In this document: piece by piece, positions 29,334 through 42,162 of the stretch
Numbering within the stretch: the stretch's first letter is position 1
Layout of the letters: each line of letters opens with the position of its first letter
Assembly: GCF_963921235.1 (NCBI RefSeq)
Contig: NC_086097.1
Span: forward strand, 101,744,001-101,808,000
Reading direction: 5' to 3'
DNA length: 64,000 nt
Origin: Mobula hypostoma
Lineage: Eukaryota
Notes under the pieces: model-generated
What the model was told of the DNA's origin: nothing
Databases searched by the model: none
The model's input: only the letters and a program-made list of their open reading frames with translations
Program-made: the position numbers and the translations under genes

Positions 29334-30569
29334 ATATCGGGTCTCGGGTAAAAGGCAACCTGTTGATTTTTGGCGAATGAGCAATTTTATACTACTATAT
29401 AACCCTGAACTTTGCCTGAATTCTGTAAGTTAGCGCATTTTAATTCGATTTAGCCAAAAAAGTGTCGCTGTAATGCACCGTCTGCGCTAATTGGAGGTCA
29501 CAAACAGACAGACAGAGCCTGAGAGTTTTAGTAGTATATAGATACCATCTATAAATTTTATACAACCATTGTTGGTAGAATCTCAGTTGGAAATGAGAAG
29601 GCGTACAGGGGTGAGATATGCCAACTAGTGGAGTGGTGTCACGGCAACAACCTTGCACTCAGCGTCAGTAAGATGAAAGCTGATTGTGGACTTCAGGAAG
29701 GGTAAGATGAAGGAACACACACCAATCCTCATAGAGGGATCAGAAGTGAAGAGAGTGAGCAGCTTCAAGTTCCTGGGTGTCAAGATCTCTGAGGACCTAA
29801 CCTGGTCCCAACACATTGATGCAGTTATAAAAAAGGCAAGACAATGCCTATAGTTTATTAGGAGTTTGAAGTGATTTGGTATGTCAACAAAAACACTCAA
29901 AAACTTCTATAGATGTACCTTGGAGAGCATTCTGACTGGCTGCATCCCTGTCTGGTATGGGGGGGGGGGGGCCGCTACTGTACAGGACCAAAAGAAGCTG
30001 CAGAAGGTTGTAAATCTAGTCAGCTCCATCTTGGGTATTAACCTACAAAGTACCCAGGACATTTTGAAGGAGCGGTGTCTCAGAAAGGCAGCGTCCATTA
30101 TTAAGGACCCCCAGCACCCAGGGAATGCCCTTTACTCACTGTTACCATCAGGTAGGAGGTACAGAAGACTGAAGATACACACTCAGTGATTCAGGAACAG
30201 CTTCTTCTCCTCTGCCATCCGATTCCTAAATGGACATTGAACCCATGAACACTACCTCACATTTTTAATATATATTATTTCTGTTTTTGCACAATTTTTA
30301 ATCTATTCAATATACAAATACTGTAATTGATTTACTTATTTTTCTTCTATATTATGTATTGCATGGAACTGCCGCTGTTAAGTTAACAAATTTCACGACA
30401 CATGCCGGTGATAATAAACCCAATTCACAGCATCAGTTTGGAAGTGAGTGTGTAGGTCACAGCATCAGTTCGCAATTGTGATCAGTGAAGTTACACAATT
30501 TCCCTGACTTTACACTCATCTCTGCAGCATCTGGGCAGTAATGACACTAACATCACACTACTAGTTAAT

Positions 30570-31500
30570 GACAATACTTCCGCCCTCTGTACTATCATTC
30601 CAAGTAAACTCCTAAACCTGCGATTCAATTTCTCCCTTTGCAGCTGGATCCAGATCTGACCAATCAGTAAGGATAAGCAGCAACACGTCCTCCATGAGCC
30701 TTGAACACTGGTGCTCCACAGAGCTGTATCCTCAACCCTCTACTCTATATATGCTCCTGACAATGAGTCCAGGGTACTAGAAGCAGGTAGAGAGCCCAGT
30801 GACAATAACCTTTCCCTCAATGTCAGCAAAACGAAAGAGCTGCTCATTGAGTTCAAGTAGTGGGGGGAGAGGGGACATGCTCCTCTCTACACCAACAGTG
30901 CTGAGGTCAAGAAGGTTGAGAGCTTCAAGTTCCAAGGAGAGAGCATCAGCAATAGCCTGTCCTGGTCCTAGTCCAATGATGCAGATGTCATGGCCAAGAA
31001 AGCTCACCAAGCCTGTGCATCGAGGGGATGAAGACATCTGACATATCCCCATTGACCCTCAGCAAGTTGTCTATTTGCATGGTCACGACTTGCTGTGCTA
31101 ACTACTCTGCCATCACCGCAAGCAATTGCAGGGAGCTGAAGGCACAGCTTGGCACATCGTGAAAACCAGCCTCCCCTCCATGGACTCTGTCCACAGTAAG
31201 AGACAAGAGACCCAAAGTCCCCACTGACCTTGGACATTCCCTGCCCTCTCCCGTCCCATCGGGCAGAAAACACAAAAGCCCGAACACACATACCTCCAGG
31301 CTCAAGTTTAAGGGGCCATTGAATGGACTCTTGACTTCACAATCTACCTGATCGTGGCCCACACTGCACTTGCTCTTCATACTGCATTCTCTTTGTGTTT
31401 GTTATTGTACTACTTCCATATCATGTGATGAAATGATCAGTATATGAAAAACAAAGTCTGTCACTGTTCCTGGGTACATGAGACAGTAAATGAACCAATT
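30570..31500 (+). mobile_element. Old degenerate Rex1/Babar-like LINE fragment
   Basis: ACTGGTGCTCCACAGAGCTGTATCCTCAACCCTCTACTC (TGAPQ.C.L.PLL) and downstream similarity to 29543-30428. Confidence 0.65.
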
Positions 31501-31650
31501 TACCATTTTAAGAGGCTCATTCAGTGGAGCATCTGGTCTACAGTGACCCCTCCCAGGATATTGATTTCAAGATTCAGGATTCAAGTTTATTTATCATGTG
31601 TACATCAAAATATACAGAGAAAAGTGCCCCCCCCACACACACACACACAC

Positions 31651-31729
31651 ATCATAATAAATGGCGGTGCAGGCTCGAAGGGCCGAATGGCCTACTCCTG
31701 CACCTATTTTCTGTGTTTCTATGTTTCTA
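31651..31729 (+). mobile_element. Very short CR1 3' tail
   Basis: Nearly identical to ~49780-49858 (ATAATAAATGGCGGTGCAGGCTCGAAGGG...TTTCTATGTTTCTA). Confidence 0.8.
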
Positions 31730-31734
31730 TCACT

Positions 31735-32300
31735 GATCAAAGTTGGAGATGGCCACCGTTTGGCACTTCTGTGGCTCAATGTCAGTCAAAATCATCAGTC
31801 CAGGCCTGAGTGTTGCCCTAGACTTGCTGCACACAGACACGGGCTGCTACAGGTGAGAGGAGATGTGAACTGGACCGAACAGAGTGCGGTCATCAGCAAA
31901 CCACCCCAGTTCTCACCTTACAGTGGAAGGAAGGTCAGTGATGAGGCAGATGTACAGGTTGGGACTGGGACACTGTCCTGAGGAACTCCTACACTGATGT
32001 CCTGGCACTGGGATGATTGACCTCCAACCACCACAACCATCTTCCATTGAGGGATGTCTGACTCCAGCTACTGGAGTGTTTCCCTTTCAATTCCCACTGA
32101 CTGCAGATTTACCAGAGGTCAATGATGCCACACTCGATCAAAATATGCCTCAAAGTTGAGGGCAGTCACCCTCACCTTGCCTCTGGAATTCAACTCTTTG
32201 GTCTGTGTTTAGACTAGAGCCAAATGTCTGGGGGAAAGACCTACTGGCCATTTGTGTGTAATTGCTACTTGAGACCAATATTAACAACAGCTTCCATCAG
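31735..32300 (-). mobile_element. Old CR1/L2-like LINE RT fragment
   Basis: The minus strand reads QDISVGVPQDSV, a decayed GVPQGSVLGP motif. Confidence 0.6.
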
Positions 32301-32524
32301 TTTACATTACCCCTGTTCCAGGACATCTATTTACTGGAATGTCTTCAACACATTACCACCCCAAAGCACAGGTGACCCATGCCAGACCACAAACGGTGAG
32401 CACAGAGAAGCAAGTTCAGCAATGTTGCTATTATATCACAATCATTATTATATAACACTCATTCAGAAGATAAAGATGGAATACAAAAGTAAGCTGTCTG
32501 AGTCTGAGGCCTCCGTCAGTGAGA

Positions 32525-33085
32525 GTTGACCATGGATATTGCACCCTAGATGTCTAGGTATGCAGACCTGGGCAGTACGATATGGAGAGCAAGTGCTCCC
32601 CATGTAGCAAGCTCCCCCCCCCCCACCCCATGCATCTGATAAATCCAAAGGAACGGCAGAGACCGAAAAAGTTTGGCACCAGCAGCATCACAGGAGTTGC
32701 CAGTCAGCGTTGAACTCAACATAGGACTGCCTCAGGGACTCCAGCTCCAGATTTTTTCCTCGAGCTTCACTCCCAAAGCCTTCCCCATGAGTGGGTATAG
32801 TCACAAGGCAAAGGAGGTTTGAGATCAGAGTTTCCTTCTCCTAGATGAGCTGCCAAGCATAGCTGATGAGCCCCATCTGCCCGAAGCGACTGATTTTAAG
32901 GTGCCAGTAACTCACCTTTGCTCTTTCTCCTGTCGTTAGAAGCAGTTCTGCCGGGCTTAGTAGCTAAACTACACATGAAGGCCAGGAGCTGGATTTAGTT
33001 ATCAGAGGCTATTTGAGGTATATGCCATTGGGAGCATTTAATAGGTAGTTGGAGCTTGTCCCTATTACCACTCCTCCTTTAACAA
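32525..33085. mobile_element. Probable RTE-related interspersed repeat fragment
   Basis: Recalled resemblance only; no diagnostic protein motif found. Confidence 0.3.
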
Positions 33086-33089
33086 CTTT

Positions 33090-35047
33090 AAAGAACAAAA
33101 GTGAGATAGCCAATAATATTAAAGACATTACCAAAAGTTTCTTCAGATACATGAAGTGTAAAAGAGAGGTGAGAGAGGATATTGGACCACTGGAAAATGG
33201 TGCTGGAGAGGTAGAAATGGCGGCAACAAAATAACTGACGTAGTGAGTAAGTATTTTGCATCAGTCTTCACTGTGGAAGATTTTAGCAGTATAGTGGAAG
33301 TTCCAGGTGTCAGAAGGCATGAAATGTGTGAAGTTACCAGAACTAGAGAGAGGGTTCTTGGGAAACTAAAAGGTCTGAAGGTAAATAAGTCACCTGGACC
33401 AGACGATGTACATCCCAGAGTTCTGAAAGAGGTGGCTGAAGAGATTGTGCAGGCTTTAGTGATGATTTTTCAAGAATTACTAGATTCTGGAAAGGTTCCA
33501 GAAGGCTGGAAAATTGCAAATGTCACTCCACTCTTCAAGAAGGGAGAGAGGCAGGAAGAAAGGAAATTATAAGCCAGTTAGACTGACCTCGGTGGTTGGG
33601 AAGATGTTGGAGTAGATTGTTAAGGATGTGGTTTCGAGGTACTTGGAGGCACCTGATAAAATAGGCTGTAGTCAGCATGGTTTCTTCAAAGGAAAATTTT
33701 GTCTGACAAATCTATTGTAATTCTTTGAAGAAATAACGATCAGGATAGACAAAGGAGAATTGATTGAGGTTGTGTATTTGGATTTCCAGAAGACCTTTGA
33801 CAAGGTGTCACACGTGAGCCTGCTTAACAAGCTATGAGCTCATGGTATTACAGGAACGATTCGAGCATGGATAAAGCAATGTCAAAGAGCAGGAATAAAG
33901 GGGGCATTTTCTGGCTGGCTGTTGGTGACTAGTGGTATTCCACAGGGGTCTGTGTTGGGACCAATTCTATTTACATTATATGTGAATGATCTGGATGATG
34001 GAATTGACGGCTTTGTTGCAAAGTTTGCAGATGATATGAAGATAGGTGGAGGGGCAGGTAGTTTTGAGGAAGTAGAGATGCTACAGAAGGACTTAGATTA
34101 GGAGAATAGGCAAAGAAATAGTAGATGGAATACAGTGTCGGAAGTGTACGTCATGCACACTAAGAAGAAATGAAAAGGATGGCTATTTTTGAAAAGGAGA
34201 GAAATTACAAAAAACGGAGGTGTAAAGGGATGTGGGAGTCCTTTGTGCAGGATTCCCTCAGGTTAATTTGCAGGTTGAGTCTGTGGTTGTTGAGTTCTGT
34301 TCATTTGAACTATGTAAGTATTTAATATGCATGCTCACTCTCCGTTATGTGTACGGGGAGGGGGATGTAAAGGTGGCAGCCCTCAGATATTGAACAAAGA
34401 TGTTAAAAGTAAAGTTGTTTAAACAAAAGAAAATTATGTCCTTGTTGTGTGGACATTCACAGTGGTGAGGAAGGCAAATGCGATATTAGTATATTAGTAT
34501 TCATTTCAAGAGGACTAGAATATAAAAGCAAGGATGTCATGTTGAGGCTTTATAAAGCACTGGTGAGGCCTCACTTGGAGTATTGTGAGCATTTTTGGGC
34601 CCCTTATCTCAGAGAGGTTGTACTGAAACTGGAGGAGGTTCACGAAAATTATTCCTGGATTGAATGAAGAGCTTTTGATTGCTCTAGCCCTGTATTCCCT
34701 AGAATTCAGAAGAATGAGGTGTGACCTCATTGAAATCTATTGAATGGTGAAAGGGCTTTACAGAATGGAGTGGAGAGGATGTTTCCTGTGGTGGGAGAGT
34801 CTAAGACCAGAGGACATCCTTTTAGAATGAGCCAGAGAGAAGTGAATCTGTGGAATTATTTGGAGGCCAAGTCTGCACGTATATTTAAGGCAGAGGTTAA
34901 TAGATTCTTGACTGGTCAGGGCATGAAGGGATATGGGGAGAAGGCAGGAGATTGGGGCTGAGACAAGAATTGGATCAGCCATGATGAAATGGCAGAGCAG
35001 ACTCAATGGGCGAAATGGCCTAATTCTGTTCCTATATCTTATGGTCA
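33090..35047 (+). mobile_element. CR1 LINE, 5'-truncated and decayed
   Basis: YFASVFTVED, KSPGPDDVHPRVLKE, WKIANVTPLFKKG, KFADD and LVRPHLEYC motifs; 3' end CCTATATCTTATGGTC. Confidence 0.92.
34288..34461. mobile_element. Probable solo LTR (174 bp) inserted in the CR1
   Basis: Starts TGT and ends ACA; flanked by the 5-bp direct repeat GTGGT (34283-34287, 34462-34466). Removing it restores the CR1 sequence GAGTCTGTGGTGAGGAAGGCAAATG. Confidence 0.75.
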
Positions 35048-35084
35048 TGGCCTGTGGACTGTTGCTTCATCTGGTAAGGCCTAG

Positions 35085-35312
35085 ACGGCACTTTGGCACA
35101 GATCCACCGCCTCATAACATCAGAGACCTGAGTTTGATCCTCATCTCTGGTGCTGTGTGGGTGTTGCCTATGACTGCACGGATTTCCCCCAGGTCCTCTG
35201 GTTTCCTCCGACATCCCAGTGATACACGCAGCGGTAGGTTAACTGGTGCAGTAAACTGTGTGGATGAGTGATGGAACCTGGAGAGAATAAAATGGGATTC
35301 TGATTCTGATTC
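35085..35312 (+). mobile_element. Degenerate V-domain-type SINE with an (ATTCTG)n tail
   Basis: Contains CCAGGTCCTCTGGTTTCCTCCGACATCCCA...AGGTTAACTGG, resembling the V-SINE core; followed by AATAAA and ATTCTGATTCTGATTC. Confidence 0.55.
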
Positions 35313-36786
35313 AGCAGAACACCACAAGCAACATAATGAAACAAAACAAAAACAGCACAACAACACAAGAAGCCCCTTTCTTCTCTCCCAGTCACCCACC
35401 CACTCACACAAACAGGCTGCCCCTGGAGTCCTCAGCCCCGGGCGCTCAGACTCACAAACAGTGAGCCTCCAACCTCCAGTCACGTCAACCCAGGAACTTT
35501 GACTATCGAGCCTCAACTTCTAGACTCACTGACTTGTGTCTTCAGCATCCAGTACTGACACGAGGACTCATTGATCATGGACACTGAACTCCGGGTCACA
35601 AACTCTGGACTCACACAGATCTCTGACCCTGGGACCTGCTGACCTGGAGGGGTTACCAGCCCTTGTGTCTCCTGCCTGCATGAACCTCCAAACCCTGGAC
35701 TCACAGGTCTGTGGGGGTTGAATGACTGGGGTGGGGGGGGGCGGTCCACAGGGCTTGCCAACCTGTCCGTGGGGGTCCCTGCCCTTCTACCTCAGAACTC
35801 CTATCTGGACTCTGGCTCCTTCCCCTGGCTCTTCATTTACTGCCCCTAACCTCTAACTCCCCCTCATCCTTGACCCTAGAGCTAATCTGACCCCCAACTC
35901 CCCATGCTTACCCCCAAAACCATCCCTACAAAGCTAAAAAGCAATTGTCTAAGCCACCACCTTGACAGACATTGCAGCTCAGTGCCATCTTGACCAGAAA
36001 TGTGCAATGACTGATCAGTATGAACAAGACAAGCTTTTCACTGCATCACAGTAACTTGACAATAACACACTAAGTCCAATACTAATGCCTTGTGATCAAA
36101 AGGATTTTCCAGGTAAAGTGTTGAATGAGGGTCAGTTTGGTAGGAGGAATATTAATGCAATATAACCAGCGCTATCTTTCCAAATGCTGGAGAGAGACAA
36201 AATCCCCCCATGCGGTGACATCTGGTACCTGCGTACTCAGGATCTCAGCACAGATTAAGGCAGCAACACACAAAGTCACCATCAGCACAAGAGCCACATT
36301 GGATATAATACCCCTCCAGAAATTTATAAATTTCATTCCATTTCTGAGTTCCAAGTGAACTGGAAAATGTCCCAGGTAATTGTCAGAGCATATCTGCAGG
36401 ATTATAGACCACACCCATGTCAAGGACAGAAACTCTTTTTCTTTTTAAATCTTTTTATTGAATAAGTATACCAAAAGGTAAGCCATATAAACATTAATAC
36501 AATGTTAAAATATAATAAAATTACAGAAGATATTAATACAAAAAAAATACTACAAACAATGTAATTTAAACATAACATACCAAGGTAACATAATAGTATA
36601 CTAATTTTATATATATATCAATAGAGAAAAGGAAACCCCCCCCACAAAAAAAAACCCACCGTGCAACTAACTAAAAGCAAAGCAAAGCAATGGGCTAACT
36701 TGTAACCAAACAGAGTTAAACTTAAAATCACGTCCTCAATCCCGACCTCCATTAAAAACAGTAAAAAAAAACAAGAAGGGTATATA

Positions 36787-39700
36787 TTACATTAAGTGAA
36801 AATATCGAATAAAAGATCCCCAAATCTGTTCAAATTTAAATGAAGAATCATAAAGGTTACTTCTAATTTTCTCCAGATTCAAACATAATATCGTCTGAGA
36901 GAACCAAAAAAAGGTAGTTGGAGCATTAAGCTCTTTCCAATGTTGTAAAATACATCTTTTCGCCATTAAAGTAAGAAATGCAATCATTCTACGGGCTGAA
37001 GGGGAAAGATTACTAGAAATTTTAGGTAGTCTAAAGATAGCAGTAATAGGGTGAGGAGAGATATCTATATTTAATACCTTAGAAATAATATTAAAAATGT
37101 CTCTCCAAAAAGTTTCCAAAGTAAGGCAAGACCAAAACATATGAGTTAAAGAGGCTATCTGCCCCAAACATCTATCACAAAAAGGATTAATATGCAAGTA
37201 AAAACGCGCTAACTTATCTTTGGACATATGTGCTCTATGAACAACTTTAAATTGAATTAGGGAATGTTTAGCGCAAATAGAGGAAGTATTAACTAATTGT
37301 AAAATCTGCCCCCAATCATCCACAGAAATGGTAAGCCCCAATTCCTGTTCCCAATCTACCCTAATCTTATCAAATGGAGCTTTCCTAAGTTTCATAATAA
37401 TATTATAAATCATAGCCGATGCACCTTTCTGACATGGATTAAGGTTAATTATCGAATCTAAAATATATGTAGGAGGAAGCATTGGAAAGGAAGAAAGTAT
37501 AGTACTTAGGAAATTTCTAACTTGTAAATATCTAAAAAAATGTATTCTTGATAAATTATATTTATTAGATAGTTGTTCAAAAGACATAAGGGAACCATCT
37601 AAAAATAAATCCAAAAACCGTAAAATACCCTTAGTCTTCCAAGTTTGAAAAGCGCGATCCGTAAAAGAGGGAGGAAAAAATATGTTACCTAAAATAGGAA
37701 TCGCTAACCCGAATTGATTAAGATCAAAAAATTTTCTGAATTGAAACCAAATACGCAAAGCATATTTAACTATCGGGTTAGACACCTGCTTAAGGTGTTT
37801 CGAATCAAAAGGGAGAGAGGAACCTAAAATAGAGCCAAGTGTATAGCCCTGAACAGATTGTAATTCCAATGCTACCCATTTAGGAATAGATATCCTGATC
37901 AAGTAACCAAAATTTCTTATGTCGAATATTAATTGCCCAATAATAGAATCTAAAGTTAGGTAATGCTAAACCTCCATCTCTCTTAGCTTTCTGTAAATGT
38001 ATTTTACCCAGTCTCGGATTTTTATTCTGCCAAATAAATGAAGAAATTTTAGAGTCAACTTTATCAAAGAAAGATTTTGGAACAAAAATTGGTAATGCCT
38101 GAAACACATATAAAAATTTTGGCAAAAAAAACATCTTAACTGCATTAATACGACCAATCAAAGTTAAATATAAAGGAAACCATTTAGATGAAAGTTGAGT
38201 AATATGGTCAATTAATGGTAAAAAGTTAATCTTAAATAAATCTTTATATTTACAAGTAATTTTAATCCCAAGATAAGAAAAATAGTTATCAATCAATTTA
38301 AATGGAAATTTATAATATAAGGGAAGATGTTTATTAATCGGAAAGAGTTCACTCTTACTAAGATTTAATTTATAATCTGAAAAAAAACCAAATTGTGCTA
38401 ATAACTCTAAAACAGCAGGAATGGATTTCTCAGGATTAGAAATATATAAAAGTAAATCATCAGCATAGAGTGATAATTTATGGGACTTTAATCCCCGAGT
38501 TATCCCAGTAATATTTGAAGATTCTCGAATGGCAATTGCAAGAGGTTCTAATGCAATATCAAATAATAGGGGACTAAGAGGACAGCCTTGTCGAGTACCT
38601 CGAAAAAGAGGGAAAAAAGGTGAGTTTAAAGAGTTAGTACGGACCGAGGCTACAGGGGAATGATATAACAGTTTAATCCAGGATATAAATTTCAAGCTAA
38701 AGTTAAACATTTCAAGCACCTTAAATAAATAAGGCCATTCTACTCTATCAAAAGCTTTCTCGGCATCTAAAGAAATAACACACTCAGGAACATTTTGTGA
38801 GGGAGTATAAACGATATTTAACAATGTACGAATATTATAAAAAGAGTAACGACCTTTAATAAAACCCGTTTGGTCTTCCGAAATAATAGAAGGAAGTACT
38901 TTTTCTAGTCTATTTGCTAATAACTTAGAAAAAACTTTAGAATCAACATTTAATAGAGATATTGGTCTATAAGATGCACATTGAGCAGGGTCTTTATCCT
39001 TCTTTAATATTAAAGAAATTGACGCTCTATTAAAAGATTCAGGAAGTTTACCAAGTTTCAGAGAAGCCTCAAAAACCCTACAGAGCCAAGGGATCAATAA
39101 AGAAGCAAAACATTTATAAAATTCAACGGTAAACCCATCTGGGCCAGGAGCTTTCCCCAAATTCATAGAAAGAATAACATTCTTAATCTCATCCATAGTA
39201 ATAGAAGTATCTAATATAGAAGACATATCCTGTGAAATCTGAGGGAAGTCTAAATTATCTAAAAAATCATTCATATGTTTAGAATCTCGAGGAGACTCTG
39301 ATTGATATAAAGAAGAATAAAAATCACAAAAGGTTTGATTAATCCCCACATGATCCAGTATCAATCGATCATTTTGGTTATAAATCTGATTGATTTGAGA
39401 TTTAACATAATTAGATTTCAATTGATTAGCCAGCAGCTTGCCAATTTTGTCACTGTGAACATAAAATTCACTTCTTGTTTTCTTTAATTGGTTTACAATC
39501 GAGGACGAGGGTAGTAAACTGTGTTCCATTTGAAGTTCAGTTCTTTGTTTGTATAACTCCTCAGAAGGAGCCATAACATATTTCTTATCAATTTCTTTAA
39601 TCTTGTCCACAATTACCATCTCCTCCTGCTTCTGCTTCTTCCTCAAAGCAGCAGAATACGAGATAATCTGACCACGAATATAGGCTTTAAAAGTGTCCCA

Positions 39701-40558
39701 AAGAGTGTTAACCGAAATATCCTCTGTATGGTTAATTGTAAAAAAAAGCTCAATCTGTTCATTCATAAAGTTAACAAAGTCCGAGTCCTGAAGCAACAGC
39801 GAATTAAAACGCCATTGTCCATTATTTTGTATATTGGCCATAATTTTAATAGAAAGCTTAAGTGGAGCATGATCCGAAATGGTTATAGAATCATAATCAC
39901 ATTTAATCACTGAAGGAATAAGACGAGAATCAATAAAAAAAATAATCAATTCTTGAATAGGAATGATGAACATGTGAAAAGAAAGAAAAATCTTTTTCCT
40001 GAGGATGCAGAAAACGCCAAATGTCCGTCGACCCAGAATCAGAAAGGAAAGAGTTAATCAAAGTTGCAGATTTATTAGGTAAGGTCCGTAAAGGAGCCGA
40101 ACGGTCCAAAGCCGGAGACAAACAGGTATTAAGATCTCCGCCCCAGATCAATGAAAACTCGTTCAAATTCGGAAACTGATTAAATAATGATTTATAAAAT
40201 TCCGGACAGTCCATATTAGGAGCATAAACATTAACCAAAACTACTTTTTTATTAAATAGTAAACCACTAACCAATAAAAATCTACCATTCGGATCAGAAA
40301 AAATATCCTGTTGTATAAAAGTAACTGAGGAATCTATAAAGATAGAGACGCCTCGAATCTTAGCATTGGAGTTCGAATGAAATTGTTGTCCCTTCCAGAA
40401 TTTAAAAAAATGTAGTCTGTCCCCCCTCCGTACATGGGTCTCTTGTAAAAATAAAATTTGTGCTTTAAGTCTCCGGAACACTTTAAAAACTTTTTCCTTT
40501 TAATAGGATGATTAAGACCATTAGTATTCCAGGAGACAAAATTAATAATAGACTCCAT
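36787..40558 (-). pseudogene. L1 ORF2 (APE endonuclease, reverse transcriptase, CCHC) with three frameshifts (~40490, ~39940, ~37895)
   Basis: SWNTNGL, FLQETH, NVYAPN, GGDLN, SRIDYF, SDHAP; KAPGPDG, SLDAEKAFDRVEW, GTRQGCPLSP, LYADD; CDRC...HMFWSC. Confidence 0.95.
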
Positions 40559-41281
40559 AAATCCTAAAGTCAACCCACAGTGAGGAGGATTGACGATAGG
40601 CTCGACCCACGAACCCTGAGGGGAAACAGAACATACAAAAGATACCGGGAAAAAGGACGCAACCAGTACTTCAATAATGTATATAGCCCAAAGAGAAAAA
40701 AACTAAAACGTGAAGCCCCTCCCACCACCCCCCACCCCAGACCCCAAGGCAAAATCTAAAGCAGACCCGCCCGAAAGAAGCAAGCGCTAAAACTACCCCC
40801 ATGACTTCCGGTATACGCTCCCTAAAAAAAAGGTATAAATATGAAAAAGATCAGCTAATTGTAAAACAGTAAAAAAGTAAAAAAAAAGGTAACTCAATTA
40901 AAATACACACACAACAGAACAAAAGCCAGAAAATATATATATTAAAAAAAAACCACAATAAACCCCAAACCCATGAATAAACAAAACAACAACAAGAAAA
41001 AATAAGATTATTAACATAAACTAGTTATAAAAAGCAAAACAAAATAAAATTTTTAAAAAACTACAAAATTTAAGGCCACACAGGAAATACGTAAAATGAC
41101 AATAAGGAAGTAACCACCCAGAATCCCCTGGGAAAAGAAAGAAATGACACAGTTAAAAAGAAAGTTTAGCAACCATATTAAGAAATCAAAAATAAACTTT
41201 TCTGCCCAAATAGGGCACGAAAAAGTTAAAACCAACCAATTCACAGCCTCCGATCGACGGAGATAGTTAAAAAAATAACAA

Positions 41282-42162
41282 TTAAGATGTTGAAGGTGAA
41301 AATTGATCCAGATAACTCTGGGCATCCGATGGAGAATCAAAAAAACGAAGGACTCCATCTGACAGGCGAATCCTTAGACGTGCAGGGTACAGCAGCGCTG
41401 GTCTTAAATCCACTTATAGAATTCCGACATCACAGATCTGTAGCGAACCCGTGGGTCCCAGATTGGTTTACTGAAATCTTCCACGAATCGGAACTTAAGA
41501 TCCGAAAAATCAATGAAACCTTTAGATCGAGCGAATCGAAACAGTCTCTCCTTGTCTTGAAAGTAATGAAAACGTAAGATAACATGTCTAGGTCTATCTG
41601 ACCTAGACGAGTATGATGGGATTCTGTGAACACGATCCAGTAGCGGTGGTTGGTCAGGAAATACAGTAGGGAATGCATCTTTTAAAAGTTGAGAAAAATA
41701 CTTCATGGGGTTGTTAGATTCCACAGCTTCCCGCACCCCAATCATTCGTAAATTCTGCCGTCGCATTCTAGATTCCAAGTCAGAGTTTTTAAAAGTCAGA
41801 AAGTCAAGTTTCTTCTTCATTACATTAATTGTTTCTTCGATTTTCCCCATCTTAAGCTCACTTTGTTGCGCGAATTTTTGAAGATCAGATATAGCCGACT
41901 GATGTTCCGCAATAGATGTTTGCATCTTATCAATTGAATCGGCAATTTTCTGGAGATTAATTGAAATTTCCGTATGAATCAGGTCCTTAACAGAGACTGC
42001 AATTTCCGTACGAATCATCTCCATAACAGAGGTTGAAATTTCCCTCTGAATTAACTCCGATATAGCTTTCAAAGTCACCGGTGATTCAGTCGGAGGAAAA
42101 TCCATACCTTTCGGTTTAACCGGAGGTTTACCATCCTTGCCGTTTTTCCCGTTCTTAGACAT
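41282..42162 (-). pseudogene. L1 ORF1 (coiled coil, RRM, CTD) with a single 1-nt frameshift near 41412
   Basis: DLESRMRRQNLRMIGVRE, LDRVHR and PRHVILRF; after the shift it continues LRPALLYPARLRI...TS* (stop at 41282-41284). Confidence 0.9.

Larger units (their letters stand above)
28020..29542 (-). mobile_element. Helitron internal-deletion derivative, 1523 bp
   Basis: Minus-strand 5' end A|TCTATATACTACTAAAACTC; 3' end hairpin GGGTGCCCCAAAGGCTCACCC then CGTTGT CTAG|T. No TSD. The empty site GCATAGCTCAAA|TACCATCTATAAATT restores the host LINE. Confidence 0.93.
27820..30428 (+). mobile_element. Second Rex1/Babar-like LINE (3' portion), split by the Helitron
   Basis: TGAPQGCVLSPLL before the Helitron; SFKFLGVKISEDLTW, KNFYRCTLESILTGC and LLPSGRRYR after it; 3' end GATAATAAACCCAATTC. 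Confidence 0.88.

Noticed and set aside
28952..29433. Overlapping repetitive ORFs on both strands
   Set aside because: A by-product of the 87-bp (3n) GC-rich tandem repeat
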